Counted from the first letter of the whole stretch, positions 13,021 through 24,699 are shown. The stretch is DNA of 63,865 nucleotides, filler included, from Lama guanicoe (GCA_013239625.1; 206 parts of 206 records of this genome joined end to end with filler, not necessarily neighbours in it); one strand, 5' to 3'. Made by a program: numbers and translations. The notes: generated from the letters alone by a model not told the origin.

Positions 13021-13230
13021 TTGACACCATCGTTGAAAGGAGGGAATACAGCAGAGGAACTTGATTTTGGAGGGTAGGTGGGAATCTAGGCTCAACTTTT
13101 AATATTTTGAGATTGTTATGCTTTCTGGATGTGCATCTGGGGATGGCTAGTAGCTGGGTCGACATGTGCACCTATTGCTCATGAGAGAGGTTGAGATGGG
13201 AGTCGTCCATGATAAAGAGTCACTGCAAGA
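13021..13230. mobile_element. LINE-2 fragment
   Basis: gaggaacttgattttgagggtagg...ttgagattg...gatgtgcatctggggatggctagtagctgg, the L2 3' pattern. Confidence 0.65.
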
Positions 13231-13640
13231 NNNNNNNNNNNNNNNNNNNNNNNNNNNNNNNNNNNNNNNNNNNNTTAATTAATTAANNNNNNNNNNNNNN
13301 NNNNNNNNNNNNNNNNNNNNNNNNNNNNNNTGCTTCACCGTGCACCCGTCAGCTGCCCTCTGATCAGAGATGGAGGACCGTTCTGGGCTGTGCATCCTAA
13401 TTCTGATGGCGACGGTGTGTCCCTGCCTCCTCACTTAGCCTTTAAGCCTTTCTTAGGATCCCCTTATATTCTTAGTCAGGACTGCCATGACTCCTCAAAG
13501 CTTTCAGTTCTACTTATTAACTCTGTTCCTTGGGGCTTGTNNNNNNNNNNNNNNNNNNNNNNNNNNNNNNNNNNNNNNNNNNNNTTAATTAATTAANNNN
13601 NNNNNNNNNNNNNNNNNNNNNNNNNNNNNNNNNNNNNNNN

Positions 13641-13712
13641 GCTCCAAACTCTGATGTTTCCGTTTGTTTGGCTTCATGGTGCGTCTGACCCAGGAATTTG
13701 CCTTTGGTGACA
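13641..13712 (+). mobile_element. ERV LTR 3' end
   Basis: ccaaactctgatgtttccgtttgtttggcttcatggtgcgtc...tttggtgaca ends in CA and resembles the recalled U5 of laurasiatherian ERV1 LTRs. Confidence 0.55.
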
Positions 13713-14880
13713 CAGGCACTCAGGGCAGACAGAAGATTCTAGGTTACAGAATGGCCTCATACATTGGGAACCTTGGTGTGGGGGCTGACCTGTCTGCAGT
13801 AGGGTCATGAAGCACCAGCAGGGCAATCGTGGCCACCGCATGGCTCTCTGNNNNNNNNNNNNNNNNNNNNNNNNNNNNNNNNNNNNNNNNNNNNTTAATT
13901 AATTAANNNNNNNNNNNNNNNNNNNNNNNNNNNNNNNNNNNNNNNNNNNNACATTTACTATTAAAAAGGTACAAAACACGAGAAAGAAAATACATATGCA
14001 ACAAGGAAGACCTCAGTAGTCACAGGGGATGTAGGTGTGCCTCACTCTGCTAAGACTGAGTCCTCCACATGCCAGGTTCTAAAGAGTCATACTAAGCTTC
14101 TGCCTACCTCCTTCCCCTACGAGCACCCACTTGGGTCTCAGGGTGGAGGCTGAGCCACTCNNNNNNNNNNNNNNNNNNNNNNNNNNNNNNNNNNNNNNNN
14201 NNNNTTAATTAATTAANNNNNNNNNNNNNNNNNNNNNNNNNNNNNNNNNNNNNNNNNNNNAAGGCTGCCAGTCCCCAAGTGCCATCAACTTAGGAAAGGT
14301 GCATTATTTCTAGAAAACTGTGATAAAACATGCACTGAAAAGTCCCCTCCTTTATCTCCAGTACACAGTGAGCGCCCAGCAAGTGGTGCTGGCTGGTCTG
14401 CACCAGGTCTGCAGAGCACATACGCAGGTACCTGCAGGGAGAAGCTGAACACGAGACAGAGGAAGTGACANNNNNNNNNNNNNNNNNNNNNNNNNNNNNN
14501 NNNNNNNNNNNNNNTTAATTAATTAANNNNNNNNNNNNNNNNNNNNNNNNNNNNNNNNNNNNNNNNNNNNTTTGAGCTAACATGAATAATAACGTCTACA
14601 CCTGCCCGATTACTTCAGGGCTCATGTGAAGGATTTCCCACACCATCTATGAGCAGTGTATTGTAAATTGTTATCTACCGTTGCCAGTCCATTGCTTGGT
14701 CTATCAAAGATATGACCATGATGTGTTCGTAATATTTTTGACAGTAAAGAGGCAGTTTGGACAAGTATGATTCTAAATTANNNNNNNNNNNNNNNNNNNN
14801 NNNNNNNNNNNNNNNNNNNNNNNNTTAATTAATTAANNNNNNNNNNNNNNNNNNNNNNNNNNNNNNNNNNNNNNNNNNNN

Positions 14881-15037
14881 TTAAAACTGGCAGCCTAGAA
14901 AAGGCTTGTGTAAACCTACAGATGGGGTCTAGAGCTTGAAGTGTTAACTTCTCTGGGCCTGATGGTGTAATTAACCTGAGTTCTCCAGCTCTCCCAGTGC
15001 TCCTTGGACTCTTGCCCGGATCCAGGTTGCTGTCACA
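14881..15037 (-). mobile_element. ERV LTR 5' end
   Basis: Reverse strand begins TGTGACAGCAACCTGGATCCGGGCAAGAG, an LTR-like TG start resembling recalled ERV1 LTRs. Confidence 0.5.
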
Positions 15038-15190
15038 ACTAAGCTGTAACACATTTTGCCACAACACCAGGCTGGCTGGAACCTAAGGAANNNNNNNNNN
15101 NNNNNNNNNNNNNNNNNNNNNNNNNNNNNNNNNNTTAATTAATTAANNNNNNNNNNNNNNNNNNNNNNNNNNNNNNNNNNNNNNNNNNNN

Positions 15191-15340
15191 CTTTTATTAT
15201 TTGTAGACTTTTTGATGATAGTCTGATAGGTGTGAGGTGATACCGCTTTGTAGTTTGATTTGCAGTTCTCTACTAATTAGCGATATTGAGCGTCTTTTCA
15301 TGTGCCTGTTGGCCATCTGGCTGTCTTCTTTGGAACATCT
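15191..15340 (-). mobile_element. LINE-1 ORF2 3' fragment
   Basis: ctgataggtgtgaggtgataccgc...tttgatttgcagttctctactaattagcgatattgagcgtcttttcatgtgcctgttggccatc. Confidence 0.9.
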
Positions 15341-15810
15341 GTTTTGTTTTGCTCCTCACAATCCATCCCCCCATTTCACTTGAAAGATTACCCAAGACCG
15401 NNNNNNNNNNNNNNNNNNNNNNNNNNNNNNNNNNNNNNNNNNNNTTAATTAATTAANNNNNNNNNNNNNNNNNNNNNNNNNNNNNNNNNNNNNNNNNNNN
15501 TTAGCGGGTTCTTGGACCAGATTTAGTCACTTCATTATCTGGATCCCCCTAGGTCCATTTTTATTGTCCTTAGGTTTCAGCCACATCAAAGTGTCATGAC
15601 CTGCTATGTGTCTATCATTTTTAATAAACTCTAGACATTGGGTAGAAAATAGAGAAAATTTGAGGCCTCGTGTGAGGTTAACTTGCTGCAGAGAAGGTGG
15701 GCGTTACAGCNNNNNNNNNNNNNNNNNNNNNNNNNNNNNNNNNNNNNNNNNNNNTTAATTAATTAANNNNNNNNNNNNNNNNNNNNNNNNNNNNNNNNNN
15801 NNNNNNNNNN

Positions 15811-16020
15811 AAAGCAGGTTTAGCAGTGATGAATTCCCTCAGTTGTTGTTGATTGGGGAAAGTCTTTATCTCACCTTCACTTCTAAAGGGCAACTTCGCT
15901 GTGTAAAGTGTTTTGGTTGGCAGGTTTTTTGTTTGTTTGTTTGTTTGTTTGTTTTCAGCATTTTAAATATGTGATCCCATTTTCTCCTGGCCTGCAAGTT
16001 CTGCTGAGAAATCTGCTGAT
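15811..16020 (-). mobile_element. Old L1M fragment with a (GTTT)n tract
   Basis: gtgatgaattccctcag...gggaaagtctttatctcaccttcacttct...ctggcctgcaagttctgctgagaaatctgctgat. Confidence 0.85.
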
Positions 16021-16430
16021 NNNNNNNNNNNNNNNNNNNNNNNNNNNNNNNNNNNNNNNNNNNNTTAATTAATTAANNNNNNNNNNNNNNNNNNNNNNNN
16101 NNNNNNNNNNNNNNNNNNNNTGACTAACAGTGTCTGTTGAAAAGCAGAAGGTTTTTGTTTGTTTCATTTCGATGAAGTACAATTTCTTGACTTTTTATAT
16201 GGCTCCCACTTTTTGATTCATTTCATATTTAAAAAAACTCTGCTTAAATCAAAGCCACGAGGACTTCTCTTTTAGGAGAGCGGTAGTTTTAGGTTTTTCA
16301 TTTTGATCTGTGATCATTTTGAGTTATCAANNNNNNNNNNNNNNNNNNNNNNNNNNNNNNNNNNNNNNNNNNNNTTAATTAATTAANNNNNNNNNNNNNN
16401 NNNNNNNNNNNNNNNNNNNNNNNNNNNNNN

Positions 16431-16500
16431 TACCGGGGATTGAACCCAAGACCTTGTGTATGCTAAGCATGCACTCTACAACTTGAGCTATTCCCTACCC
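16431..16500 (-). mobile_element. tRNA-derived SINE head (camelid Vic-1-like)
   Basis: Reverse strand GGGTAGGGAATAGCTCAAGTTGTAGAGTGCATGCTTAGCATACACAAGGTCTTGGGTTCAATCCCCGGTA contains Pol III A-like and B boxes. Confidence 0.85.
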
Positions 16501-16640
16501 ACTGCCAACTGGTTTTCAACAAGGGTACCAAGAACACTCAATGGGAAAGAATAGTTCTTCAACAGATAGTTCTGGGATAACTGGGTCATGGACCTGAACC
16601 TCACACAATACAGAAAAAATTAACTCAAAATGCATCATAC
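16501..16640 (+). mobile_element. LINE-1 ORF2 fragment abutting the SINE
   Basis: caactggttttcaacaagggtaccaagaacactcaatggg...ttcaacagatagttctgggataactgg...aaaattaactcaaaatg. Confidence 0.85.
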
Positions 16641-16740
16641 NNNNNNNNNNNNNNNNNNNNNNNNNNNNNNNNNNNNNNNNNNNNTTAATTAATTAANNNN
16701 NNNNNNNNNNNNNNNNNNNNNNNNNNNNNNNNNNNNNNNN

Positions 16741-16805
16741 TTGAAATCAGCCTTGGTGGAAGAATTTACAGCATGGAAATCAGCAAATGGTACACATCAG
16801 GCCCA
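16741..16805. mobile_element. MER63-like hAT fragment
   Basis: aaatcagccttggtggaagaatttacagcatggaaatcagcaaatggtacacatcagg resembles recalled MER63. Confidence 0.55.
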
Positions 16806-17670
16806 TCACAGCTGGTCCATCACTGTCCAACCTGAGAGAGAGCTCACTCATCAGGATGATATGGGCTGTGCTGATGTCATTTGTTTGCAGTTGACTCCCA
16901 AGATTGCTGATCCTGCTTCAGGAGGGTGGGACATGGATGCTGATGGCTCTNNNNNNNNNNNNNNNNNNNNNNNNNNNNNNNNNNNNNNNNNNNNTTAATT
17001 AATTAANNNNNNNNNNNNNNNNNNNNNNNNNNNNNNNNNNNNNNNNNNNNAAAAGACAGGAAAGGTAACATAGTAATGAGTTAAAATGCCAAAGGGAGAC
17101 AATTTGGTACAAAGTTCCCAAATAAGGGAGAACCAGATCTATTTGGAGAGGGGGCATCAGAGGAAGAAGCCTCGAGATGAGTCTTACAAAATAAGTATAT
17201 GCTTGCCAGGAAGAGGAAGGAAAAAGGGCATTCCTGGCATAAAGGAAGGCTCCATGCATTNNNNNNNNNNNNNNNNNNNNNNNNNNNNNNNNNNNNNNNN
17301 NNNNTTAATTAATTAANNNNNNNNNNNNNNNNNNNNNNNNNNNNNNNNNNNNNNNNNNNNGGAAGAATCAGGCAGAAATCCGTGGAGATACAGGGCAATC
17401 AGAAAGGTTGGGGGGAAAGAGCAGCAAGAGGGGAAACACGTTGCCGAGTGGGGCAGGACCGGAGCCAGGGAGGGGATAGGAGCGCAGCAGGGACAGAGGG
17501 AGGGTAGAGGGGAACGAAGATAGAGACACAGAAAGAAATAGGGAGACAGATAAAGAATGAAATGGAAACANNNNNNNNNNNNNNNNNNNNNNNNNNNNNN
17601 NNNNNNNNNNNNNNTTAATTAATTAANNNNNNNNNNNNNNNNNNNNNNNNNNNNNNNNNNNNNNNNNNNN

Positions 17671-17879
17671 CCAGTCATCTGTTGATGGACATTTAGGCTG
17701 TTTCCATGACTTGGCTATTATAAATAGTGCTGCTATCAACATTGGGGTACAGGTGTCATTATGAAGTAGGGTTCCTTCTGGATATATGCCCAGGAGTGGG
17801 ATGACTGGTTCATATGGTAAGAATATTACAAGTCTTTTGAAGAATCTCCATACTGTTTTCCACAGTGGCTGCACCAACC
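17671..17879 (-). mobile_element. LINE-1 ORF2 C-terminal fragment, frame intact
   Basis: [68 protein letters not shown]. Confidence 0.97.
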
Positions 17880-17979
17880 NNNNNNNNNNNNNNNNNNNNN
17901 NNNNNNNNNNNNNNNNNNNNNNNTTAATTAATTAANNNNNNNNNNNNNNNNNNNNNNNNNNNNNNNNNNNNNNNNNNNN

Positions 17980-18145
17980 AAAGGTCAGAGCCCTGAGAAT
18001 AGGCTCTCCTGTATATTTCAGGCTAAAGCAACCTTGTTTCACAAAAGGTGCAGAGCCAGCAAGACTGAGCCTAGAAAGCAGGGCACAGTGGTTAAGACTA
18101 AAGAAACAGATCCAACAGAGTCAGATTTGTTCCTCTCTGTTGCAT
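17980..18145. mobile_element. ERV LTR fragment
   Basis: aaaggtcagagccctgagaataggctctcctgtatatttcaggct...tcagatttgttcctctctgttgca, matching a recalled ERV1 LTR pattern. Confidence 0.6.
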
Positions 18146-18599
18146 TGGCAATGCAGTAGAAATAGTAACTGGGGAGGTGGAGGTGGCCANNNNNNNNNNN
18201 NNNNNNNNNNNNNNNNNNNNNNNNNNNNNNNNNTTAATTAATTAANNNNNNNNNNNNNNNNNNNNNNNNNNNNNNNNNNNNNNNNNNNNAGAAAAAGTAG
18301 TATTAAATAAGATACTATTTAAAACAGCAAAAAAAAAAAACCCGACAAATGATCTAGAAATTAATTATAAAAATAATGCACAAGGCTTTCATGGAAAGAA
18401 ATTTAAAACTTCTTTGGCGGAGATAAAGGGAGATATTATTATGTTCTGGAAGAGATGACGATATTGTAAAGGTGCTCATTTTTCCAGAATTAATCTTTAN
18501 NNNNNNNNNNNNNNNNNNNNNNNNNNNNNNNNNNNNNNNNNNNTTAATTAATTAANNNNNNNNNNNNNNNNNNNNNNNNNNNNNNNNNNNNNNNNNNNN

Positions 18600-18809
18600 T
18601 GTGGTGTCTTCTCATTCCCTTGACATTGTCTTTCACAGAGCAGAAGTTTTTAATTTTATTAAAGCCCAGATTATCAATTCTTTTTTTTTAATGGGTCATG
18701 CATTTGGTGGTGTATCTAAAAAGTCATTGCCTTGTACAAGATCATTTACATTTTCTCTTCTGCTATCTCCTAGGAGTTTAAAATTTTTGCATTTTATATT
18801 TAGGTCTAT
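18600..18809 (-). mobile_element. Old LINE-1 ORF2 fragment
   Basis: ttcacagagcagaagtttttaatttt...catttggtggtgtatctaaaaagtcattgcc...tttaggtctat. Confidence 0.85.
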
Positions 18810-19529
18810 NNNNNNNNNNNNNNNNNNNNNNNNNNNNNNNNNNNNNNNNNNNNTTAATTAATTAANNNNNNNNNNNNNNNNNNNNNNNNNNNNNNNNNNN
18901 NNNNNNNNNTGATCCAAACAGAAACACCTACTCTTGAAATTGTGTTCATCTGATTGCCTTCTAGACTGGCAAAGCCCATCCATCTCTTATAGCAATGTGG
19001 AGAAAATGGATTAAAAATCTGAGCAGGAGATATAGGGGACTTGTGTCTGGACTGTACACCATTTCTAAATTCTCAAGAACAAATGAAGACCAGATGGGGA
19101 TAAACTATTTAAACTATTTNNNNNNNNNNNNNNNNNNNNNNNNNNNNNNNNNNNNNNNNNNNNTTAATTAATTAANNNNNNNNNNNNNNNNNNNNNNNNN
19201 NNNNNNNNNNNNNNNNNNNTATACATCTGAAACTTATACAGCATTGTTGATGTCCTTGAATGAGTAGGCCGTGGGGCCCAAGGCCAGAGTCACAACAACA
19301 TGTTTGTAGTACAAAGTAAATGATGATTGTATGCATGCCCCGGTTATATGAGTTTTACAACAAAGAAAGTAGAAGTACGCATGCGCTCGTGGTGTTCTGT
19401 AAGCCTCATGAACAAAGAAAGTGACACTGNNNNNNNNNNNNNNNNNNNNNNNNNNNNNNNNNNNNNNNNNNNNTTAATTAATTAANNNNNNNNNNNNNNN
19501 NNNNNNNNNNNNNNNNNNNNNNNNNNNNN

Positions 19530-19739
19530 AATGGTCCCAGTTCAATTGTACAGTTCATGAAAAACAATGAAGTTGAACCCCTACCTCATACCATAAATAA
19601 ATACTAACTTAAAATAAATTACAGATCTAAATTTAAGAGCTAAAATTGTAAAAATCCTGGAAGAAAGCATAGTAATAAATCTTGGTGACTTGGGATTAGG
19701 TCATGGTTTCCAAAAACACAAGTGATAAAAGAAAAAAGG
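19530..19739 (+). mobile_element. LINE-1 ORF2 fragment
   Basis: aatgaagttgaacccctacctcataccata...acagatctaaatttaagagctaaaattgtaaaaatcctggaagaaagcatag. Confidence 0.85.
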
Positions 19740-19883
19740 NNNNNNNNNNNNNNNNNNNNNNNNNNNNNNNNNNNNNNNNNNNNTTAATTAATTAANNNNN
19801 NNNNNNNNNNNNNNNNNNNNNNNNNNNNNNNNNNNNNNNAGTAAAACCTGCCTTTTTAATACTGCAAACTGAAGTATTTAGGG

Positions 19884-20000
19884 TAGAGCTGCAAGATAAA
19901 ATACACTGTTGCACAGGACATGCTTTTACTAAAAATTGTTTATTTTTATCAGTTTTAACTGAATGACCTGTATTTCCATTGGCTAAGTCTAGCAACCCTA
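19884..20000. mobile_element. Internally deleted MER53-like hAT MITE with an 8-bp target-site duplication
   Basis: Ends tagagctgcaagataaaataca ... ggctaagtctagcaacccta form an imperfect inverted repeat (10/13). ATTTAGGG flanks both sides, at 19876-19883 and 20001-20008. Confidence 0.85.
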
Positions 20001-20769
20001 ATTTAGGGGTAATGTGGGATGATGTCATGTTCCAGCAAGGAAAAAAAAANNNNNNNNNNNNNNNNNNNNNNNNNNNNNNNNNNNNNNNNNNNNTTAATTA
20101 ATTAANNNNNNNNNNNNNNNNNNNNNNNNNNNNNNNNNNNNNNNNNNNNAAAAAAATCTCACTTTGGACAATAAATTATTCAGTCATCCTGCTCATATTC
20201 CATCTATTTGCTGATGCTCTTATGATTGGAAAATTAATTCAACTCACCCTGTTTCACAGACTATCAGCTCATTGAGGGGCAAGGTCCATCCATACCCTAT
20301 TCATCTTTGAATTTCCCATTAGCACCTGTTAGCCCAGGACTTTGCTCCTAAAATATGCCNNNNNNNNNNNNNNNNNNNNNNNNNNNNNNNNNNNNNNNNN
20401 NNNTTAATTAATTAANNNNNNNNNNNNNNNNNNNNNNNNNNNNNNNNNNNNNNNNNNNNAAAAAAACCCCCACATTTCCTTTTCCCTTCTGCCACCTTTT
20501 ATGATTTTCACGTCCATCTTTACATCTTGCTGCTTATTCTCTTGCCACGCATCGTAGTTTTCACATTTCCAATGATGGTTTTCTCAATTCTATTACTTCC
20601 TGTTTCCTTTCTATTTAGGATAGCTTTAGTGTTTCTGAATTATTTTACCTTTTCCTTGTTTATGAAATTNNNNNNNNNNNNNNNNNNNNNNNNNNNNNNN
20701 NNNNNNNNNNNNNTTAATTAATTAANNNNNNNNNNNNNNNNNNNNNNNNNNNNNNNNNNNNNNNNNNNN

Positions 20770-20827
20770 ATTGAACCCAGGACCTTGTGCATGCACGTGC
20801 TCTACCGCTGAGCTATACACCACCCCC
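20770..20827 (-). mobile_element. tRNA-derived SINE head (camelid Vic-1-like)
   Basis: Reverse strand GGGGGTGGTGTATAGCTCAGCGGTAGAGCACGTGCATGCACAAGGTCCTGGGTTCAAT; homologous to 16431-16500. Confidence 0.85.
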
Positions 20828-21389
20828 AATAGGAGTATTCTTGATTCTGGCTTGGAAGGCCTTTCATGCCTTACTCCCACTCTCACAGCAGAGCAGAATT
20901 TCCTCCAGCTAAATAAAGTACCGTGGGTATGGCTCAAATGGATGGCTATGCAGAATTAAGTCCTAATGTTCTCTGAACANNNNNNNNNNNNNNNNNNNNN
21001 NNNNNNNNNNNNNNNNNNNNNNNTTAATTAATTAANNNNNNNNNNNNNNNNNNNNNNNNNNNNNNNNNNNNNNNNNNNNTTATAATAATGGATCTTCAGT
21101 TTTTTCTTTATATAAGAAAGAGCGTGTAGGTGTAATAGAGCTGGTCTTACTTTCTGTCTGTTACAGAAGAGGTGATAAATGAATGCAGACATGAACGTGT
21201 ATAGTAAGTTCCCTTTGAAAGAGCCAAGCACATCCTGCTGCATTATCAGCATAATTGAGAATTATTTAGGGTGTTTTATGAAATGCCTGNNNNNNNNNNN
21301 NNNNNNNNNNNNNNNNNNNNNNNNNNNNNNNNNTTAATTAATTAANNNNNNNNNNNNNNNNNNNNNNNNNNNNNNNNNNNNNNNNNNNN

Positions 21390-21599
21390 CAGACTCACAG
21401 ATACAGAGAACAAACTAGTGGTTACCAGTGGGGAAGGGAAAGGGCAAAGGGCCAAGATGGGGTAGGAAATTAAGAGATGCAAATGACAATATATAAAGTA
21501 AATACGTTATGAGGGTATATGTACAGCACAGGGAATGCAGCCAATATGTTATAATAACTATAAATGGAAAATAACCTTTAAAAATTGGAAGTCACTCTG
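21390..21599 (+). mobile_element. LINE-1 3' UTR fragment
   Basis: cagactcacagatacagagaacaaactagtggttaccagtgggg...tacagcacagggaat...ataactataaatgga. Confidence 0.9.
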
Positions 21600-22629
21600 N
21601 NNNNNNNNNNNNNNNNNNNNNNNNNNNNNNNNNNNNNNNNNNNTTAATTAATTAANNNNNNNNNNNNNNNNNNNNNNNNNNNNNNNNNNNNNNNNNNNNG
21701 GCATCACTGGGGGCCCATCCGTGACACACAGACCTGCCGTCAGGGGAGACAGCACGTAAGGGGCTGCACTGACTCACCCACCACGGGGCACAGAGAAGAA
21801 ACAGCAGCGCAAAGAGCACACAGACCGTATGTAAAGGGATCCCACTCACTAACCCTCGAATTTATACCAGACAGGCAGGGACCTGCTGAAGCTCTGGGGT
21901 CAGAGGCACNNNNNNNNNNNNNNNNNNNNNNNNNNNNNNNNNNNNNNNNNNNNTTAATTAATTAANNNNNNNNNNNNNNNNNNNNNNNNNNNNNNNNNNN
22001 NNNNNNNNNTAAAAACATCTATGTCTTTGCCCATGTCCTAGTTGTATTGCAGGGCTCCATATTACCACTCTGAAACACCTCATTCTGCCTCGTTGCTGCT
22101 GGGGGAGTGGGGACGAAGCAACTGCTGGCCCCCTAGACCCTGCGGGGTGGAGCATGGGGGAGGCAGATTGCTGAGTAGCACTCCTCCCACTCACCACCGT
22201 GACCTCAGCGCTGCCAGGTNNNNNNNNNNNNNNNNNNNNNNNNNNNNNNNNNNNNNNNNNNNNTTAATTAATTAANNNNNNNNNNNNNNNNNNNNNNNNN
22301 NNNNNNNNNNNNNNNNNNNGGTATGTGGATAGACTTTTCACAAAAGGCAAAGAGAATGTACATGTAAAAGTCTACTAGAGATTACTCACTGTACAAGAAC
22401 AAGATGATTTGCCTCTGTGATGTAAATAAGCCCTTTTCCCAGTTATCTTCATATTGCTTCATTGGTAGCATGTACTAATTCATTCTTTTTTTTAACATTT
22501 TTTATTGATTTATAATCATTTTACAGTGTNNNNNNNNNNNNNNNNNNNNNNNNNNNNNNNNNNNNNNNNNNNNTTAATTAATTAANNNNNNNNNNNNNNN
22601 NNNNNNNNNNNNNNNNNNNNNNNNNNNNN

Positions 22630-22839
22630 CCGGCGCGCGCCCCTCCCTCCTTCCCTCCCGCTCGCCGGCCCGCTCCGCTCGCCGCCGCGGCGGCCGCAGC
22701 AACAAAGTTTGACAGGGCGTGGCCCGGCGGGAAGCGGGGCTGGCGCGGCCGGGCCGGGGCGGGGGCGGCTCGGCTCGGGCCCCTCCGACTGCGCGGAGCC
22801 CAGGGCTCCCCAACTCGCCGCCACCGCCTGCCTGGCCGG
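22630..22839. promoter_or_regulatory. CpG-island / promoter-like fragment
   Basis: Very high GC with dense CpG and GC boxes (ggggcgggggcgg near 22756-22768). Gene not identified. Confidence 0.8.
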
Positions 22840-24516
22840 NNNNNNNNNNNNNNNNNNNNNNNNNNNNNNNNNNNNNNNNNNNNTTAATTAATTAANNNNN
22901 NNNNNNNNNNNNNNNNNNNNNNNNNNNNNNNNNNNNNNNAGAGAGCCAACGTACAGGACATTGAAGGGTCCTATGGAACAGCAGGTGCAGTGATCAGCTC
23001 CCTGCTGTCTCCCCGGTAGCTGATCCAGTGGGGGCGCATCCCCTGATGGGCTCTGAAGTCCATTGGAAAGGTTCCTTCCACGGAGCTCAGCCCCAGCCCA
23101 GTCCACAGTCCTCTGCCTCCCCAAGCACCGGGCATGCCGGCCACTCCTGNNNNNNNNNNNNNNNNNNNNNNNNNNNNNNNNNNNNNNNNNNNNTTAATTA
23201 ATTAANNNNNNNNNNNNNNNNNNNNNNNNNNNNNNNNNNNNNNNNNNNNATTCTCCTGGGGGAATTTTTCTCTGCCTCATACTTCCTGTCTCAGCCACAT
23301 CCGGTCCATGCCCCAGGGAAGAAGGGCTTTTACTCTCTGGGACCCAAATCCATCACGGTTTGAATCCAGAATGAAACTTCCATGTTAACTCACCTAGCGC
23401 TCCCTTCTTATGCTGAACTGCCCTCCCCCGTCGATGGCATTAGGTCATATTAGAAGTCCNNNNNNNNNNNNNNNNNNNNNNNNNNNNNNNNNNNNNNNNN
23501 NNNTTAATTAATTAANNNNNNNNNNNNNNNNNNNNNNNNNNNNNNNNNNNNNNNNNNNNAGGGAAGGCACATGGAGAGGGATGGCTCTTTCCTCCAACAG
23601 GCTTTAGAACTTCAAAGGGAGAGTTTGTTTGATTATCATTATATCAATCAATACCCCAACATCTTGGACCCCCTACAATTCATCAGGCACTATGCCTGGC
23701 ACTAGGACAAATAAAAAGAAAGAAGACCTATCTCTAGCACCAAAGGATTGAGACTAGATGGCAAAACGCNNNNNNNNNNNNNNNNNNNNNNNNNNNNNNN
23801 NNNNNNNNNNNNNTTAATTAATTAANNNNNNNNNNNNNNNNNNNNNNNNNNNNNNNNNNNNNNNNNNNNCAGAAAAAACACTCCAAAGAGTGCTCTAAAG
23901 ACTCACCACTGCCCATTGCAGTGACAAACGGTGACTCATGGAAATACATGTGATTTCTGTTTCTTCCAACTTCATTGTGTACTGCATTAATGATATTTCT
24001 TTTGCAAATTCAAGAAAACTAAGAAGAATGGAAAAAAAATGAATACAAAATAAATCAATCAAGTCTTCCAGAACTATGGNNNNNNNNNNNNNNNNNNNNN
24101 NNNNNNNNNNNNNNNNNNNNNNNTTAATTAATTAANNNNNNNNNNNNNNNNNNNNNNNNNNNNNNNNNNNNNNNNNNNNAGAGTTTAAAAAATCTTTTAC
24201 ATATCCTTTCTTTGCTGTTTCATTATAGTTTTACTGTATACATATGTATCTCTAAAGAATAACATTTTTAGTTTTTATTTTGGAAAAATACTTTATAAAT
24301 GCAATTTATATTTACTTTACATCATGTAAGGTTTTGATATTCATTCTAATTGGACGTGTGCAGCTCTATTCATTTATTCAATTTCAGTTNNNNNNNNNNN
24401 NNNNNNNNNNNNNNNNNNNNNNNNNNNNNNNNNTTAATTAATTAANNNNNNNNNNNNNNNNNNNNNNNNNNNNNNNNNNNNNNNNNNNNGTGCACATGCT
24501 GTTCCCTCAACTCTGA

Positions 24517-24610
24517 ATTTCTCAGCTGTGACACTCTTTTGACATTATGGGCTGGATAATTCTCATTGAGATGGGGGTGCTGTCTTTGCATTATAAGAAG
24601 TTTAATACAT
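24517..24610. mobile_element. MER20 (hAT-Charlie) fragment
   Basis: ttctcagc...ttgacattatgggctggataattctc...ggggtgctgtctttgcattataagaagttta. Confidence 0.75.
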
Positions 24611-24699
24611 CTACAAAACAGAAACAGACTCACAGACATAGTAAACAATTGTATGGTTACTGGGGGAAGGAGGTGGCAAGGCATAAATTTGGGAGTCTG
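24611..24699 (+). mobile_element. 5'-truncated L1 3' UTR abutting MER20
   Basis: acaaaacagaaacagactcacagacatagtaaacaa...tggttactggggg...ataaatttgggagt. Confidence 0.85.

Noticed and set aside
16431..20827. tRNA-Ala genes at 16431-16500 and 20770-20827
   Set aside because: The acceptor and anticodon stems are degenerate, the two copies diverge from each other, and one sits against an L1. They are better explained as SINE heads.
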